Assembly (NCBI GenBank): GCA_030141605.1
Contig: JAQGDQ010000030.1
Span: forward strand, 186,001 to 250,000
Direction of reading: 5' to 3'
DNA: 64,000 bases
DNA from: Tubiluchus corallicola
Taxonomy: Eukaryota > Animalia > Priapulida
Shown here: piece after piece, positions 38,963-64,000 of the stretch
How positions within the stretch are numbered: position 1 is the first letter of the stretch
Layout: each line of letters opens with the position of its first letter
Notes under the pieces: model-generated
Told to the model about the DNA's origin: nothing
The model's input: the letters and a program-made list of their open reading frames with translations, nothing else
Databases searched by the model: none
Translations under genes and position numbers: made by a program

Positions 38963-40211
38963 TCTCTTTCTAACTATCTTTCTCTCTCTGTTTTATCTTG
39001 ACCTATAATAGCACTGAACAACAAGACATATATTAGACTAACATTCTGAGTGAGCATGTATCACAATTTTTACTGTTATTATTGATTATGTGTTGCATGT
39101 TTTAAACGACTATTTCATCTACTCTTGCCTGAACAGCGACATACTGTGATTGAATTAACCAGTCTTTCTTAATTTCGCAGTTTTAGAGCTATGTATGCAT
39201 ACAAACCTCAAAATCAAGATGAGCTGGAGTTGCAAGAGGGCGACACTGTTTATGTCATGGAGAAGTGTGACGACGGCTGGTTTGTCGGCTCATCATTGAG
39301 AACAGGGAAATTTGGAACTTTTCCTGGCAACTATGTAGAATCAGTCTGTGAGTACATAGTGGCATTTTTCCTTTGACGAAACATTAATTACTTGTGAAGT
39401 CCACCCGCTGGTATTAATATCACATAAACATCAATTTGCTTGCCATTAGCTGCACCAGCTGCTCGTTTATTACAAAAGTTTTTGCCATACTATGCATGGC
39501 TTTCATTTTATACCATTTGATGGTTTTGATGGCAGTTTATACCATTTCATAGTTTTTTATGTAAAAAAACCCTGATGTTCTTTTATGTAGAAACACTGAC
39601 ACCACAAAAGTGGTCTATTAATTTTAACAGCTCAAACCTTGGCTAAAGCTTTTTTCTACTTGCTTGCTAGGCTTTACTAACAGACAACTTTTAAGTCATT
39701 TTTGTTCTTATTTTGCAAGCTTTGCTCAAACCTGGACCCAAGGTACTCTTATTACATATTCCATTACTTTTATATTCGACTTGCCTGTGTATCTATCAAA
39801 AGCTTCAATGCTGTGCTTCAAAACATTTTATGCTAGAAATAATCTTTTTATTATAATTTGTAATTTATGAATGCTGTAAACATATTTTGCATGATATTAT
39901 TGATTACGACATTGAAATGATATTATACTTAATGTGCCATTTCAACTTATGCATCTGTTCAGGGTTCGTTTTTTCTTTTCTGTTTTAAATTCGGCAGTTT
40001 TAAAATTTTTAAAATCCAGTAATCCTGTTTGCATTATTTTGTGTTGCAAAATATTATGCTTTCACCAACTTGAACTAGCATTCTTCTGACAAAATCATTT
40101 CTCTTTTATCAGTATTTTTAATTGCTCAATGTTTAAATGAATGAAATTTATGGGGGCTCGATATAATTATGCCTTCAAAACATCATCATTAATGATATTG
40201 ATTTTCCAGAA
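1..40211 (+). CDS. CAP: CAP/SORBS-family adaptor gene (SoHo + 3 SH3; ponsin/ArgBP2/vinexin-like), 5'-truncated by the window; gene span
   Basis: Phase-compatible GT-AG exons give the SoHo motif ([36 protein letters not shown]), the SORBS motif [18 protein letters not shown] and three SH3 domains. The third reads [52 protein letters not shown], typical of SORBS SH3-3. Confidence 0.93.
6436..6459 (+). CDS. CAP: 24-nt micro-exon (APLLRAET), phase 1-1
   Basis: ttttgcagcccag| acceptor and perfect CAG|GTAAGT donor; the second AG preserves frame. Confidence 0.55.
6654..6735. repeat. Perfect 41-bp tandem duplication
   Basis: tgtttcagtgaacattctttatttacctctgaaacattatt x2. Confidence 0.85.
7572..7658 (+). 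CDS. CAP: Exon [29 protein letters not shown], phase 1-1
   Basis: ttttcag| ... CAG|GTATAT; 87 nt, open in frame, proline-rich. Confidence 0.75.
9985..10165 (+). CDS. CAP: Exon [18 protein letters not shown]...PSQPSYT, phase 1-2
   Basis: tttcag| ... GAG|GTAATG; GC-richer open frame. Confidence 0.75.
10533..10638 (+). CDS. CAP: Exon [35 protein letters not shown], phase 2-0
   Basis: tttgaag| ... CAG|GTAAAC; phase matches flanking exons. Confidence 0.7.
10718..10907. mobile_element. Degenerate MITE-like element with internal direct/inverted repeats
   Basis: cgcaacttctct (~10725) vs agagaagttgcg (~10869) inverted; gcaacttctctc repeated; ctagtgtgaatg/ctagtctgaatg repeated. Confidence 0.4.
11254..11331 (+). 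CDS. CAP: Exon [26 protein letters not shown], phase 0-0
   Basis: tttaaag| ... GGG|GTAAAT; 78 nt, open. Confidence 0.6.
13017..13176 (+). CDS. CAP: Proline-rich exon [20 protein letters not shown]...GPTPP, phase 0-1
   Basis: ttttatag| ... CAG|GTAAAA; overlaps ORF 13047..13316. Confidence 0.8.
13695..13814 (+). CDS. CAP: Exon [10 protein letters not shown]...[12 protein letters not shown], phase 1-1
   Basis: ccctacag| ... GAG|[20 protein letters not shown] resembles a motif I recall from invertebrate CAP proteins (not searched). Confidence 0.85.
13898..13935. repeat. (AT)n microsatellite
   Basis: Direct reading. Confidence 0.95.
14313..14506 (+). CDS. CAP: Exon with N-terminal half of SoHo domain (…[19 protein letters not shown]), phase 1-0
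   Basis: ttgcag| ... GCC|GTAAGT; matches the sorbin-homology consensus GIGPxDExGxP. Confidence 0.9.
15084..15156 (+). CDS. CAP: Exon with C-terminal half of SoHo domain ([24 protein letters not shown]), phase 0-1
   Basis: ttttag| ... AAGG|GTGAGT; DWYKxMyKxlH SoHo signature. Confidence 0.92.
16228..16281 (+). CDS. CAP: 54-nt cassette exon [18 protein letters not shown], phase 1-1
   Basis: tttctag| ... AAG|GTTTGC; flanked by TGCATG at 16209 and 16285. Confidence 0.55.
16749..16817 (+). CDS. CAP: Exon [23 protein letters not shown], phase 1-1
   Basis: ttactag| ... AAG|GTATCA; 69 nt, open. Confidence 0.7.
18293..18319 (+). CDS. CAP: 27-nt micro-exon EAESAPKTR, phase 1-1
   Basis: tttttgcag| ... 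GAG|GTAAAT. Confidence 0.6.
18560..18702 (+). CDS. CAP: Exon [12 protein letters not shown]...[24 protein letters not shown], phase 1-0
   Basis: tttcag| ... AAG|GTAAGA; conserved [13 protein letters not shown] motif. Confidence 0.9.
19190..19210 (+). CDS. CAP: 21-nt micro-exon ADRMDSE, phase 0-0
   Basis: tttttgtgcag| ... GAG|GTTTGA; three TGCATG within 135 nt downstream. Confidence 0.55.
20661..20695 (+). CDS. CAP: 35-nt exon [11 protein letters not shown], phase 0-2
   Basis: tttgtttcag| ... ATA|GTAAGT; needed to bridge phase 0 to the phase-2 acceptor at 21165. Confidence 0.75.
21165..21343 (+). CDS. CAP: Exon (Y)[17 protein letters not shown]...[23 protein letters not shown], phase 2-1
   Basis: ttttag| ... 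CAA|GTAAGC. [12 protein letters not shown] resembles a motif I recall from invertebrate CAP. Confidence 0.85.
23089..25997 (+). CDS. CAP: Second giant exon (~2.9 kb, Ser-rich, disordered); cassette (to 25926) or alternative terminal exon (stop 25995-25997)
   Basis: ttttccag| acceptor is in frame (phase 1) with 958-aa ORF 23121..25997. Internal donor TAG|GTAAGA at 25926/25927 is also phase 1 (2838 nt = 946 codons). Confidence 0.7.
27872..28113. mobile_element. ~240-bp fold-back (MITE-like) element with ~100-bp imperfect inverted arms
   Basis: Left taatcataaagaagacaacgtgtcctttaaatctcaaaaactt...cttgtatga matches the reverse complement of right tcatacaag...aagtttttgagatttaaagagcatgttgtcttctttatgatta. 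Confidence 0.8.
29552..29626 (+). CDS. CAP: Exon [24 protein letters not shown], phase 1-1
   Basis: tttcacag| ... AAG|GTAATA; 75 nt. Confidence 0.75.
29880..30203. mobile_element. Internally deleted copy of the dispersed element at 32390-32926
   Basis: Shared blocks aaagaaatttg..tgtctgtaaa, aaattggca..actgcttttcttca, aaataag.ctaactt..cagaa.gcttggc; ends cttggcctttcct-ttag. Confidence 0.65.
30703..30839 (+). CDS. CAP: Exon [18 protein letters not shown]...[17 protein letters not shown] (coiled-coil-like), phase 1-0
   Basis: gcctgcag| ... GCG|GTATGC; open, GC-rich. Confidence 0.8.
31841..31920 (+). CDS. CAP: Exon [26 protein letters not shown], phase 0-2
   Basis: ctttcag| ... CGT|GTACGT; phase matches 32191. 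Confidence 0.75.
32101..32158. repeat. Perfect 29-bp tandem duplication
   Basis: gagtgattctgtaatacccttggtaaatt x2. Confidence 0.85.
32191..32334 (+). CDS. CAP: Exon [16 protein letters not shown]...[14 protein letters not shown] (start of SH3-1), phase 2-2
   Basis: tttcag| ... AAG|GTAAAC; ALFNF is the SH3 ALYDF-type strand. Confidence 0.88.
32390..32926. mobile_element. Non-autonomous DNA transposon, TTAA-flanked with AGG..CCT-type termini (Kolobok-like by inference)
   Basis: ttaa|aggaaagggacaa ... ttggctttgccg|ttaa; the second copy ends ttggcctttcct, complementary to the left end. Confidence 0.55.
33240..33354 (+). CDS. CAP: SH3-1 core [38 protein letters not shown], phase 2-0
   Basis: SH3 consensus; tttcag| ... 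GAG|GTATGC. Confidence 0.95.
35072..35110 (+). CDS. CAP: 39-nt micro-exon [13 protein letters not shown], phase 0-0 (paralogous to the start of the next exon)
   Basis: tcttatcgcag| ... GAG|GTGCGT; similar to [14 protein letters not shown] at 35846. Confidence 0.6.
35846..35965 (+). CDS. CAP: SH3-1/2 linker and start of SH3-2 (VIRSLDEAR...[19 protein letters not shown]), phase 0-0
   Basis: cctgtgcag| ... AAG|GTAGGC; AKFNF..ELSLKK SH3 motif. Confidence 0.9.
36166..36331 (+). CDS. CAP: SH3-2 core [33 protein letters not shown], phase 0-1
   Basis: SH3 consensus; tttcag| ... TAG|GTGAGT. Confidence 0.95.
36605..36860 (+). CDS. CAP: SP-rich SH3-2/3 linker exon ([14 protein letters not shown]...), phase 1-2
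   Basis: gcttcag| ... AAG|GTTTGC; many S/T-P sites. Confidence 0.8.
37537..37645 (+). CDS. CAP: Linker exon [13 protein letters not shown]...EEFSSRKT, phase 2-0
   Basis: tttcag| ... ACG|GTATTT; open; pairs with 38518 to restore phase 2. Confidence 0.65.
38518..38600 (+). CDS. CAP: Linker exon [27 protein letters not shown], phase 0-2
   Basis: atttcag| ... AAC|GTATGT. Confidence 0.72.
38865..38988. repeat. (CA)n(CT)n compound microsatellite
   Basis: Direct reading. Confidence 0.95.
39181..39347 (+). CDS. CAP: SH3-3 exon ([20 protein letters not shown]...FPGNYVESV)
   Basis: Very close to the SORBS third-SH3 consensus ([12 protein letters not shown]; FGTFPGNYV); donor T|GTGAGT at 39347/39348. 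Confidence 0.95.
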
Positions 40212-42641
40212 ATCAAATTGGCAGCCATATCCACCCATGATACCAGCTAGATTACTACATGAGCGAGAACACGTGAAAACATACTTCGTTTAAAAAATCT
40301 ATTAACAACACATTTATTGCAGTTGAACAACAGAAGAACAGTAAAAAAACAGTAGTTTCAGACTTATTCGTTACTGAGAAAGTTTGGTAATGTAATATCT
40401 TGCTTTCCACTTTTTACTCTAGTAATGCAAATTCTGTAATGAAAATTAATTATTGATTGTAATGTTTCTACATAATTTCATGCCGGTAGCGTCTACTAGT
40501 GCTGCTAATTGGATAATGACGTATTACACTTATTCATGGTGTATGTATGTATGTACGTTATATGTTAAATTATCGTGGGAGCAAAATTAAATGCTCTGAA
40601 GTAATATATTAATAATGTAGAGTAGTCAAACATTTTAACATACAGTTATTTTTTACATAGTTTGAACACTTTTTAAGTTTTTAAAAATTTTAGTTTCTTT
40701 GGGACTTGTTTTGTATTGAATAAACTTTGTACTGTGTTAACTTATGAAGTTATTTTATACTTGCGCTTTACCATGACTTAAACTATGCAAGAATAACTTT
40801 TAAACAAGAAAAACCGTTGTATTTTGATGTAGTATATTAGTGTTTGCTTAACTTGGAAAACTTTGACGCGTTTTCCTGTTTGATAGATAAAAGTTTAGAT
40901 AGCTTGTCTTATGACTCGTTATATGTAAGATAATGACAGAGTTGTGTTTCACACATTACTAATAATTTACTTACCATTGTTAGAATTGATGTAACGATGT
41001 TTGTCTTCTAACAAGTCCATTTAATATGAGTGTAAACAGGTACTAACGATAATTTGTGCATGATGTAACCAGGTGTAATTAATGTTTGTAGGTATGTGTG
41101 CCAAATCTGTGTCATCAAATTGACAATGGCCAATGCGTCATTAGTTTCCTTGTCGTTGTTGCAAATTTACTATTAAATCATGTCTATCATGAGTTGTGAG
41201 CATTTTTAATTTTATTCTGGCTTTAACTATCTGAGTGCCTGTGCATGTTGCCATGAACGATATGCAATTTTGGCGATTAGGCTTGCTATGATTCTGCTTT
41301 TTTGCTGAATAGTGTTATAGATTAGTAGCAAAGTTTAATTAAAACATAATCAATTATGCGATGTTTAGCATTATATCTATGTAGCAGCTATTTCATTGCT
41401 GTGGTAACTGAGAAAGCACACAGCATTGAGCTATGTATAACAATTTAGGTTGTGTTATTGTTACTTAGTAGTGCTAACAATTTGTTTTAATTATTGTTAA
41501 TGCATAATATCATCGGTAGTCAAGACATTTTGTCTTAATTTTAATCAAAAAACCCGCAACATGCATGTGAATTGGCGGGAATGATAGTTTTTTATTTGGG
41601 AAAATAATGTTGTTATTAATTATTATTATTAATATTATTTATTTAGTTTTATTATTATTATAGTTAATACATTTAGTACAGTTATAAGTTTATTTAAACT
41701 GTTTCATTAAATAAGATCTGGTTTATACAGTTGCAGGGCTGTGAGGTTCTACTTTTATATTTTTGGTGCTATTCTCGTTCTAATGTTATATAAGTAGTCT
41801 CTATTTTGCACTGAAACACTCTTAATGGGTTGTACAATGTATAGTGCAGAACTTAGTTTTATCGAATGTCAGGTATGAAATTTTTTACACATTGTTCACT
41901 ACCTACGCTAACGTAGGAAACCCTTCTTCGTGAGGCTTCTTCCAAAATGTTTACAAAATGACACAAAATGTCTTAGTTTGGTACTAGAACGCCCTGTAGA
42001 TGTTACAATGCTGTCAGTGTGTAAAGCTGTGAGCGCACTTGTTCCATTAACATGATATCGCTACTTCCATTGCTGTTATTTAAGCTGTATATGTGTCAGT
42101 GGAGCCGATTCGTACTATTTTATTTTTGACTTCTGCAGCTTTACACAAACTATCCTTTTCCTGACTGAACTGCCACTGTCTCGTATGATAGCAGCTCTGG
42201 AAACAATGTGAATTTTTTAAATCTTCGTTATTACAAAGAGTGCAATAAATTTTTTGTAAAATCGATTTCGGCACTGATAGTGCGGATATGAAGCCATTCA
42301 TTGCAGATTATTAACAGTGATCGGTGAAACTTTGTTCGTCTCAGAATAAGAATGCACGACAGTTTTTATAAAGCGTTAAATTAATTTCATACGATAACTT
42401 CAACATCACATTTTTACACATGTGATTTTTCTTTATAGTCAGGTTTACTAATGAGCCTTGTATTCTTACACAAATGATTGAAAAAACACGTTACCTAAAC
42501 GAATAACATCTGTTCTTGTTTTGGTTTGAAGTATTTTGTTAATCTGTTTATTAATCTGATACGCAACACACACATTTGAATAGAAGAAACAATAGAAAAT
42601 TAAAAAGATTGGCTAATAGATTCAGAAGAACCTGTAATAAA
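40210..42641 (+). other. Probable terminal exon/3' UTR of CAP/SORBS with candidate polyA signals (AATAAA 40719, 42244, 42636)
   Basis: Acceptor attttccag| followed by AA completes T|AA stop; long AT-rich non-coding stretch follows. End point is a guess. Confidence 0.45.
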
Positions 42642-44834
42642 ACCACTTCACTGTTCTCGTTTTTACATCATTTACTTTTTGGAAGTAAACAACAGGCAAA
42701 CAAATAACTTACATTGTTAAAAAGCTGAAAATGCCTGAAAAATTTTTCCTCTGAAGTTCTGAGTTCAAAAATTTACACCACCGTATAACCAAGTAATCAC
42801 ATCCAAGTGTACGACTAATCGATTGATGGTTAAAAAGCATTAGATATGGATTACCTTGATTTGTAGTCGATTACTAAATGAATAAATTATTTGCCGAAAA
42901 ATTTAATCTTATTACAGTAGATAAACAACAACTGGAGATAAAATACTTGAAAATGTTCGTGACGTTGAAATCCAGCACTTAACATAGGACCTACTAATGT
43001 TGACATTTGTGACCTAAGCTGGTGTATCATCCATGAGTCAGTGAACAGCAGACGTATTTGCCACGTTTGGATGTGAATTCTGTCTCAGTAAATAACCAGA
43101 AGCAATGCGATGGAAGAAAATGTCATTTTCCTGATGGTCACCTATCTATTTACTAAACAGGCTCAGTAACTTTGAAGCCAGACACACCCTCTGACAAATT
43201 ATGCTGTAAACTCTGTCACCAAGTTCAATTCAATTTAGATTTGTTTGCACAAATACATTTACGTAATATGGCAAAAAATACAATTACAAAAACAAACTAC
43301 AAGAATAAATACAAAATACATTTACGTAACATGGCAAAACACGTTTTAGTGCAAGTATTGTAACAAAAATATTATATTGTACTGACGAGTTAGAAAAATT
43401 GACATGGCTAGAAATAAACCATAATATGGTAGGCTTGTTGAATTATATCAGCTTTTAAATGAATTACAAAATCAAAGTGAATAAACTAACATGTGCAAAA
43501 GTTAAGTTAGTTGCTGAGTTACTAGGACTAAATTAAGGCCTTCTATCATCAGAAAGACCAGTTTAATCTATTAATTGTGATGTTGAACTTTAGTTCAACT
43601 ATCAAAGCTTCGAATCGAAGAACAGGGGAGTTTTCCAGTCAAGTTTGGTTTTAATAATTCAATAGTTGTGAGTTTACTCCATCATTACTCATAATCTTGA
43701 AATCAAATTTAACAATGAAATACTAAAAAGAATCCTTAATTCTTTACAGAATGAACTTTCTCTGCTTTGGGCGCATAAGTAAAAATCGAAAGGTTAAAAA
43801 CAGGTCCTCCCGAGAAACTACCTTATCGTTCATTCACCGTCTCCATAAAAAGTTTATCCCCAGCACCTGGACATCTAATGACCCGTAATTACAGGACATG
43901 ATACCTTAATTACTCAGCCGCGTGTAGATCACAAATTACTCTATTCATATACGTTACCGGTTCTTAATCTTCCCATCCAGGATCCTTAACCTCCGCTAAC
44001 CTGGATTCATTATCCTGAAGAACGACTACAAACCACAACAGTTGGCGTTAAATTTTGCTGACTTTGTCGTTATTATGTTGACGGTTCATGTTATTATAAT
44101 GTTTTTATACCCAATGAAAGGCAAAATGTACTAGATCAGCAAATTCTTTATTCGTTTCATCCTTGTCAGTTCAGCTAAATAGTTCTTGTCTCTTGTTTGT
44201 ACCGTTAAAGCGTTAGGTTTTTTTAAACACTAAAAAAGAGGTGTTTCAGTTTCACTGACAAATTTAATTTTTAATTTTCTTTGCAGCTGATCAATGAACG
44301 ATTACCCCTTCTTGTGGTAAGTTGGCTAAATTCCTATACAGTAGTTAAGAATTTTTTGAGCCTTCATTTGCCACACTGGCTCTAAAGGTGTAAAATCGCG
44401 ATATCGCTAGAAAAGAGCGTGGTACAAATTTGTAAATTAAACTAGGTCTAAAAGACTTACGAAAATTCGATGTCACTAAATTTGTTGTGAATCATAGACT
44501 CCGCCATTAAAAAGAGGGACTTCTGAAATATCTTAAATAACGAACTCGAAATGTTAGTTCTAATAATGCGGACTGCATCGATCGCGCTTCACTCTACCTA
44601 ACTATTAAATAATATATGAAAAATTATGCCTGTTGCTGCTTTTTGCTAAGACTAGACAGTGTAACGAGTATCAATATGTAAGCGATCCTTTCCTACTCAT
44701 TTACTCGAAAGATTGTGATGTCTGCTTGTGAACAGCACTCGGAATGAGAGAGTAACAAAAAATCACTAAATGAACGTATAGATTAATGATTATGTGTGTG
44801 TATAAACAAATGTTTAAATACATAAATAAAACGA

Positions 44835-45570
44835 ATGAATGATAAGTTAAACGAATATCACTTTTCTGACTTTCAGTTACCTGTCGAAACAAGTGTGCGT
44901 GATCTTGGTATTATAATTTCTCATGATGGGAAATGGACAAACCAATGCACTGAGGCAGCTACTAAAGCGAATAGAATTATAAATATGTTGTTTAGAATGT
45001 TTTCTACTGATGATAAAGACAAATTATTAAAATCGTTCATAGCTTACATAAGACCTATTGTAAAGTATTGCTCGCCAGTCTGGAATCCAGCTTTATTGGG
45101 GAATGATGACCGCATTGAAAGTGTATAGCGATACTTTACTCGTCGCCTGTTTTCTAAATGTAACTTAATGTATATGCCACATCCTAAGCGTCTCGAGATT
45201 CTTAATCTAAAGTCTTTAGAAGAGAGACGCATTCAACAATATTTAGCTATATGCCACCAAATTATTCATAGAGATGTTGATGTTGATTTTGACAAATTTT
45301 TTACCTGGGTGTCTTGTAGTATAATAAGACAAAATCATTCTCTAAAGCTTTTAGAGTGTCGAAATTATCATTTGGTCAATTTTTCTCAAATCGAGTTGTA
45401 CCGGTTTGGAACTCATTGCCTGCATATGTTGATGGTGCACCCCTCGTAACTGCGCAAAATATTAATTTAATTAAAATGAGCTTATATAAAGTTAACTTGC
45501 ACAAATTCCTTGTACACAATAGACACAATAAGCAGTTAAATTGGGTGTGAATAAAATAAATAAATAAAAA
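44835..45570 (+). mobile_element. 5'-truncated, decayed CR1/L2-like LINE (RT C-terminal region + (TAAA)n tail)
   Basis: RDLGIIISHDGKW..KANRIINMLFRMF..YIRPIVKYCSPVWNP, IESV*RYFTRRL, RLEILNLKSLEERR, FFSNRVVPVWNSLP. In-frame stop at 45126, frameshift near 45356, tail aataaaataaataaataaaaa. Confidence 0.9.
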
Positions 45571-46929
45571 TTAAATAGACACACGAACGGATAAACAAAT
45601 TGATGGTTGCATCGCTATTGATGGTTGAAACCCACAATTCATTAAATCTTGATACCGAACTTAAAAGACAGAAAAATGTGAAAAAATGGAATACAGTGAA
45701 ACGGAAATTTCAGATTTAAAATTAATGTAAAAAAATGCAAATTAGGGTAAAAAATTAGTCAAATTAGTTATAATCACTAGTGTGATTGATCTAACACTGG
45801 AAATGCTGAATTTTGTTGGCCACTCATAAGAGATGAACTTCGGACTGCCTCGATACCTGGGTAATACAGTGGTCTACCGAACTAATGCGTTTACTTTGTA
45901 AGCAGCAGGTTCCTGGTTCAATTCAAGGTTGTATTCCAACTTTTTCACACTTCCTGTCTTTCAAGTTATGTGTCAAAATTTAACGAGTTATGGTTTGGTA
46001 CCATAATAATCTTACTTTAAGAAATCTATACAGTTGCATAACCATACAATTTTGTTAGTAAATATCAATCAACCTTCGCCAAATAGTTATTATTGGGGCT
46101 GTAAAAACGTTTTTTGCATTATCAGATGCAGAATTCAAAAACTTGGCTACGTTGTCGCGACTGTAATAATTTACAGTACGTACTTGCAATGGTTTAAAAT
46201 AACAAACAAAAACAGAACTATTCAGGTTGAAAGAAAGAGAGGAAATTTAAGATAGAGAAGTTTGTTATATTACTGAAGCGGAGGAAGTACGCTTGGCTGT
46301 CCTTCTATCAATCCATCCTGGTGGTTTTCTCCGCCTGACGTGAACTGTGATCATGCATAATGTACGCTGCTATGAGCGTTATTGACCTTTCAGTCAGGGT
46401 TTTAGCATGTCTCTGTAGATAAGCATTTTTCCTATGCTACTTTTATAATAATCGCAGTGTGAAAATAATGTGACTATTTGAAAAGTAGTGTCATCGTTAT
46501 GATTTCATTTTTACTGATGTATGCTAGATGGGATAACAATAAATGTAGCATAAAATACAAGCCATGTGAAAATTGTTGTTAAGTGTTAAGATTTGTAATT
46601 TATGTGTATTGTGTACGCATGAGGCTTTTTGATGGCGTTCAGTTAGTTATAAATTAGATCTACTGTAAAATTGTTGGACCTGAATGTGAACAAATTTTAG
46701 CACTACAATTACAAATGAAATAATCTAATGGATGTAAAAGGCAATAGGTAAGTTTTCGCTAATTTTGTTTCACAACAGAAATAGTTATAATTTAGTTAAT
46801 TTGAAACATAAAAGTCAAATTGCCTCTAATTAATAGGTGTTGTCGGTCTATTTTACACTTATTTCTGCCGTCACATACATAATTAGGATTTTACATCCTA
46901 TATTCTCTAATTAATTCATATTTATACAT

Positions 46930-46933
46930 TGTT

Positions 46934-46964
<31 letters not shown>

Positions 46965-46978
46965 CCGTTGTTGTTGCT
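46930..46978. repeat. (GTT)n microsatellite
   Basis: Direct reading. Confidence 0.9.
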
Positions 46979-47528
46979 GTGCCATTGCTACCACCTATCG
47001 CTGTTGCCATCATTGCCGTTTTCATTGTTGTCAAAGAAGACCGTGACATCTCATGGAACTAAGTCAAATATAAAAAAATAAACGGTTTTATTTTGCAACC
47101 ATGCGGAGCAAGTGGTGTCAATTTGGCTACTCACCTAAATGAAATTAGAAAACCAATCTCGTCTACACTTGTTGAACCACATTTAGACTTAGTATAATTA
47201 AACGGTTTCTTCTCTATGAGTCTACGTTGAGTGCAAATGTCGTTTAGCAAAGCTCAGGTTTTTACAGTTTTTTGCATTATCACAAGTCAAATCACAGGAA
47301 CAAATCTTCAAAGAGTAAAAACTTAGATTTACAAAAAATTAACGCACTTGCCTATTTACTTGTGAAACAACTGCCTAAACGGCTATAACACTTTGCAAGA
47401 ATTCAAGTTTACTGTGCTTGCCTACTTGCTTGCTTCAAATAGAAAACAAATTTAGTGATGTGGAAGTATTTTTTTATTCAAGGTACTAAAATGGTGTAAA
47501 TGGCGTACTCAAGTAGGACGTCCATAAA

Positions 47529-63735
<16,207 letters not shown>

Positions 63736-64000
63736 CGTCATTGGTACCTACGTCGACCCGCCGGAGCAAAGACCGGAACATCTTTGGCAGGAATGACGGT
63801 CTTACTTTAGAGTAGAGTTCTGAAGCCAAGAAGAGTAAAAAATATTCAATACATAATTATCAGTATTACTATATTTTTGTATTAAAATGTCAGTAATTCT
63901 TTTGCTCTAGCAAGTTACAAGGTACACGTTTGACGTACGCTAGCAGATCTTGTCAGACTCGTCAGGTTTGTAGCAATGTATTTGCGGTTTAAAACTTTTT

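Noticed and set aside
44835-45550. Functional reverse transcriptase gene
   Set aside because: Only the C-terminal part is present, with a premature stop and a frameshift.
45860-45940. tRNA-like A/B-box fragments (ggttcaattc here; tagctcagtgg ~13274; minus-strand ggttcaaatc ~35672)
   Set aside because: No complete cloverleaf; at most decayed tRNA-derived SINE heads, too weak to annotate.

Overview
AT-rich eukaryotic (invertebrate animal-like) genomic DNA with two intron-rich + strand genes, reconstructed by hand from GT-AG sites and codon phase. (1) 1-~42.6 kb: the 3' part of a CAP/SORBS (ponsin/ArgBP2/vinexin family) adaptor gene with a SoHo domain and three C-terminal SH3 domains. It has two giant exons, many frame-preserving micro-exons, a duplicated SH3-linker micro-exon, a candidate poison exon, a stop codon apparently split by an intron, and introns rich in TGCATG (RBFOX) motifs. 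(2) ~47.5-63.7 kb: an apparently complete 16-coding-exon class C GPCR (~1,444 aa by my exon sum). It has two tandem Venus-flytrap (VFT) domains, each followed by a 3-Cys mini-linker in place of the nine-cysteine domain, and neither VFT keeps the canonical amino-acid-binding motifs. This orphan receptor is the most unusual item in the window. Introns and the intergenic gap hold a decayed CR1/L2-like LINE 3' end, several MITE-like elements, a structured GC-rich RTE-like 5' fragment, microsatellites and a palindromic AT pentamer array. No CRISPR array, rRNA or intact tRNA was seen. All exon boundaries are predictions and need RNA-seq confirmation.
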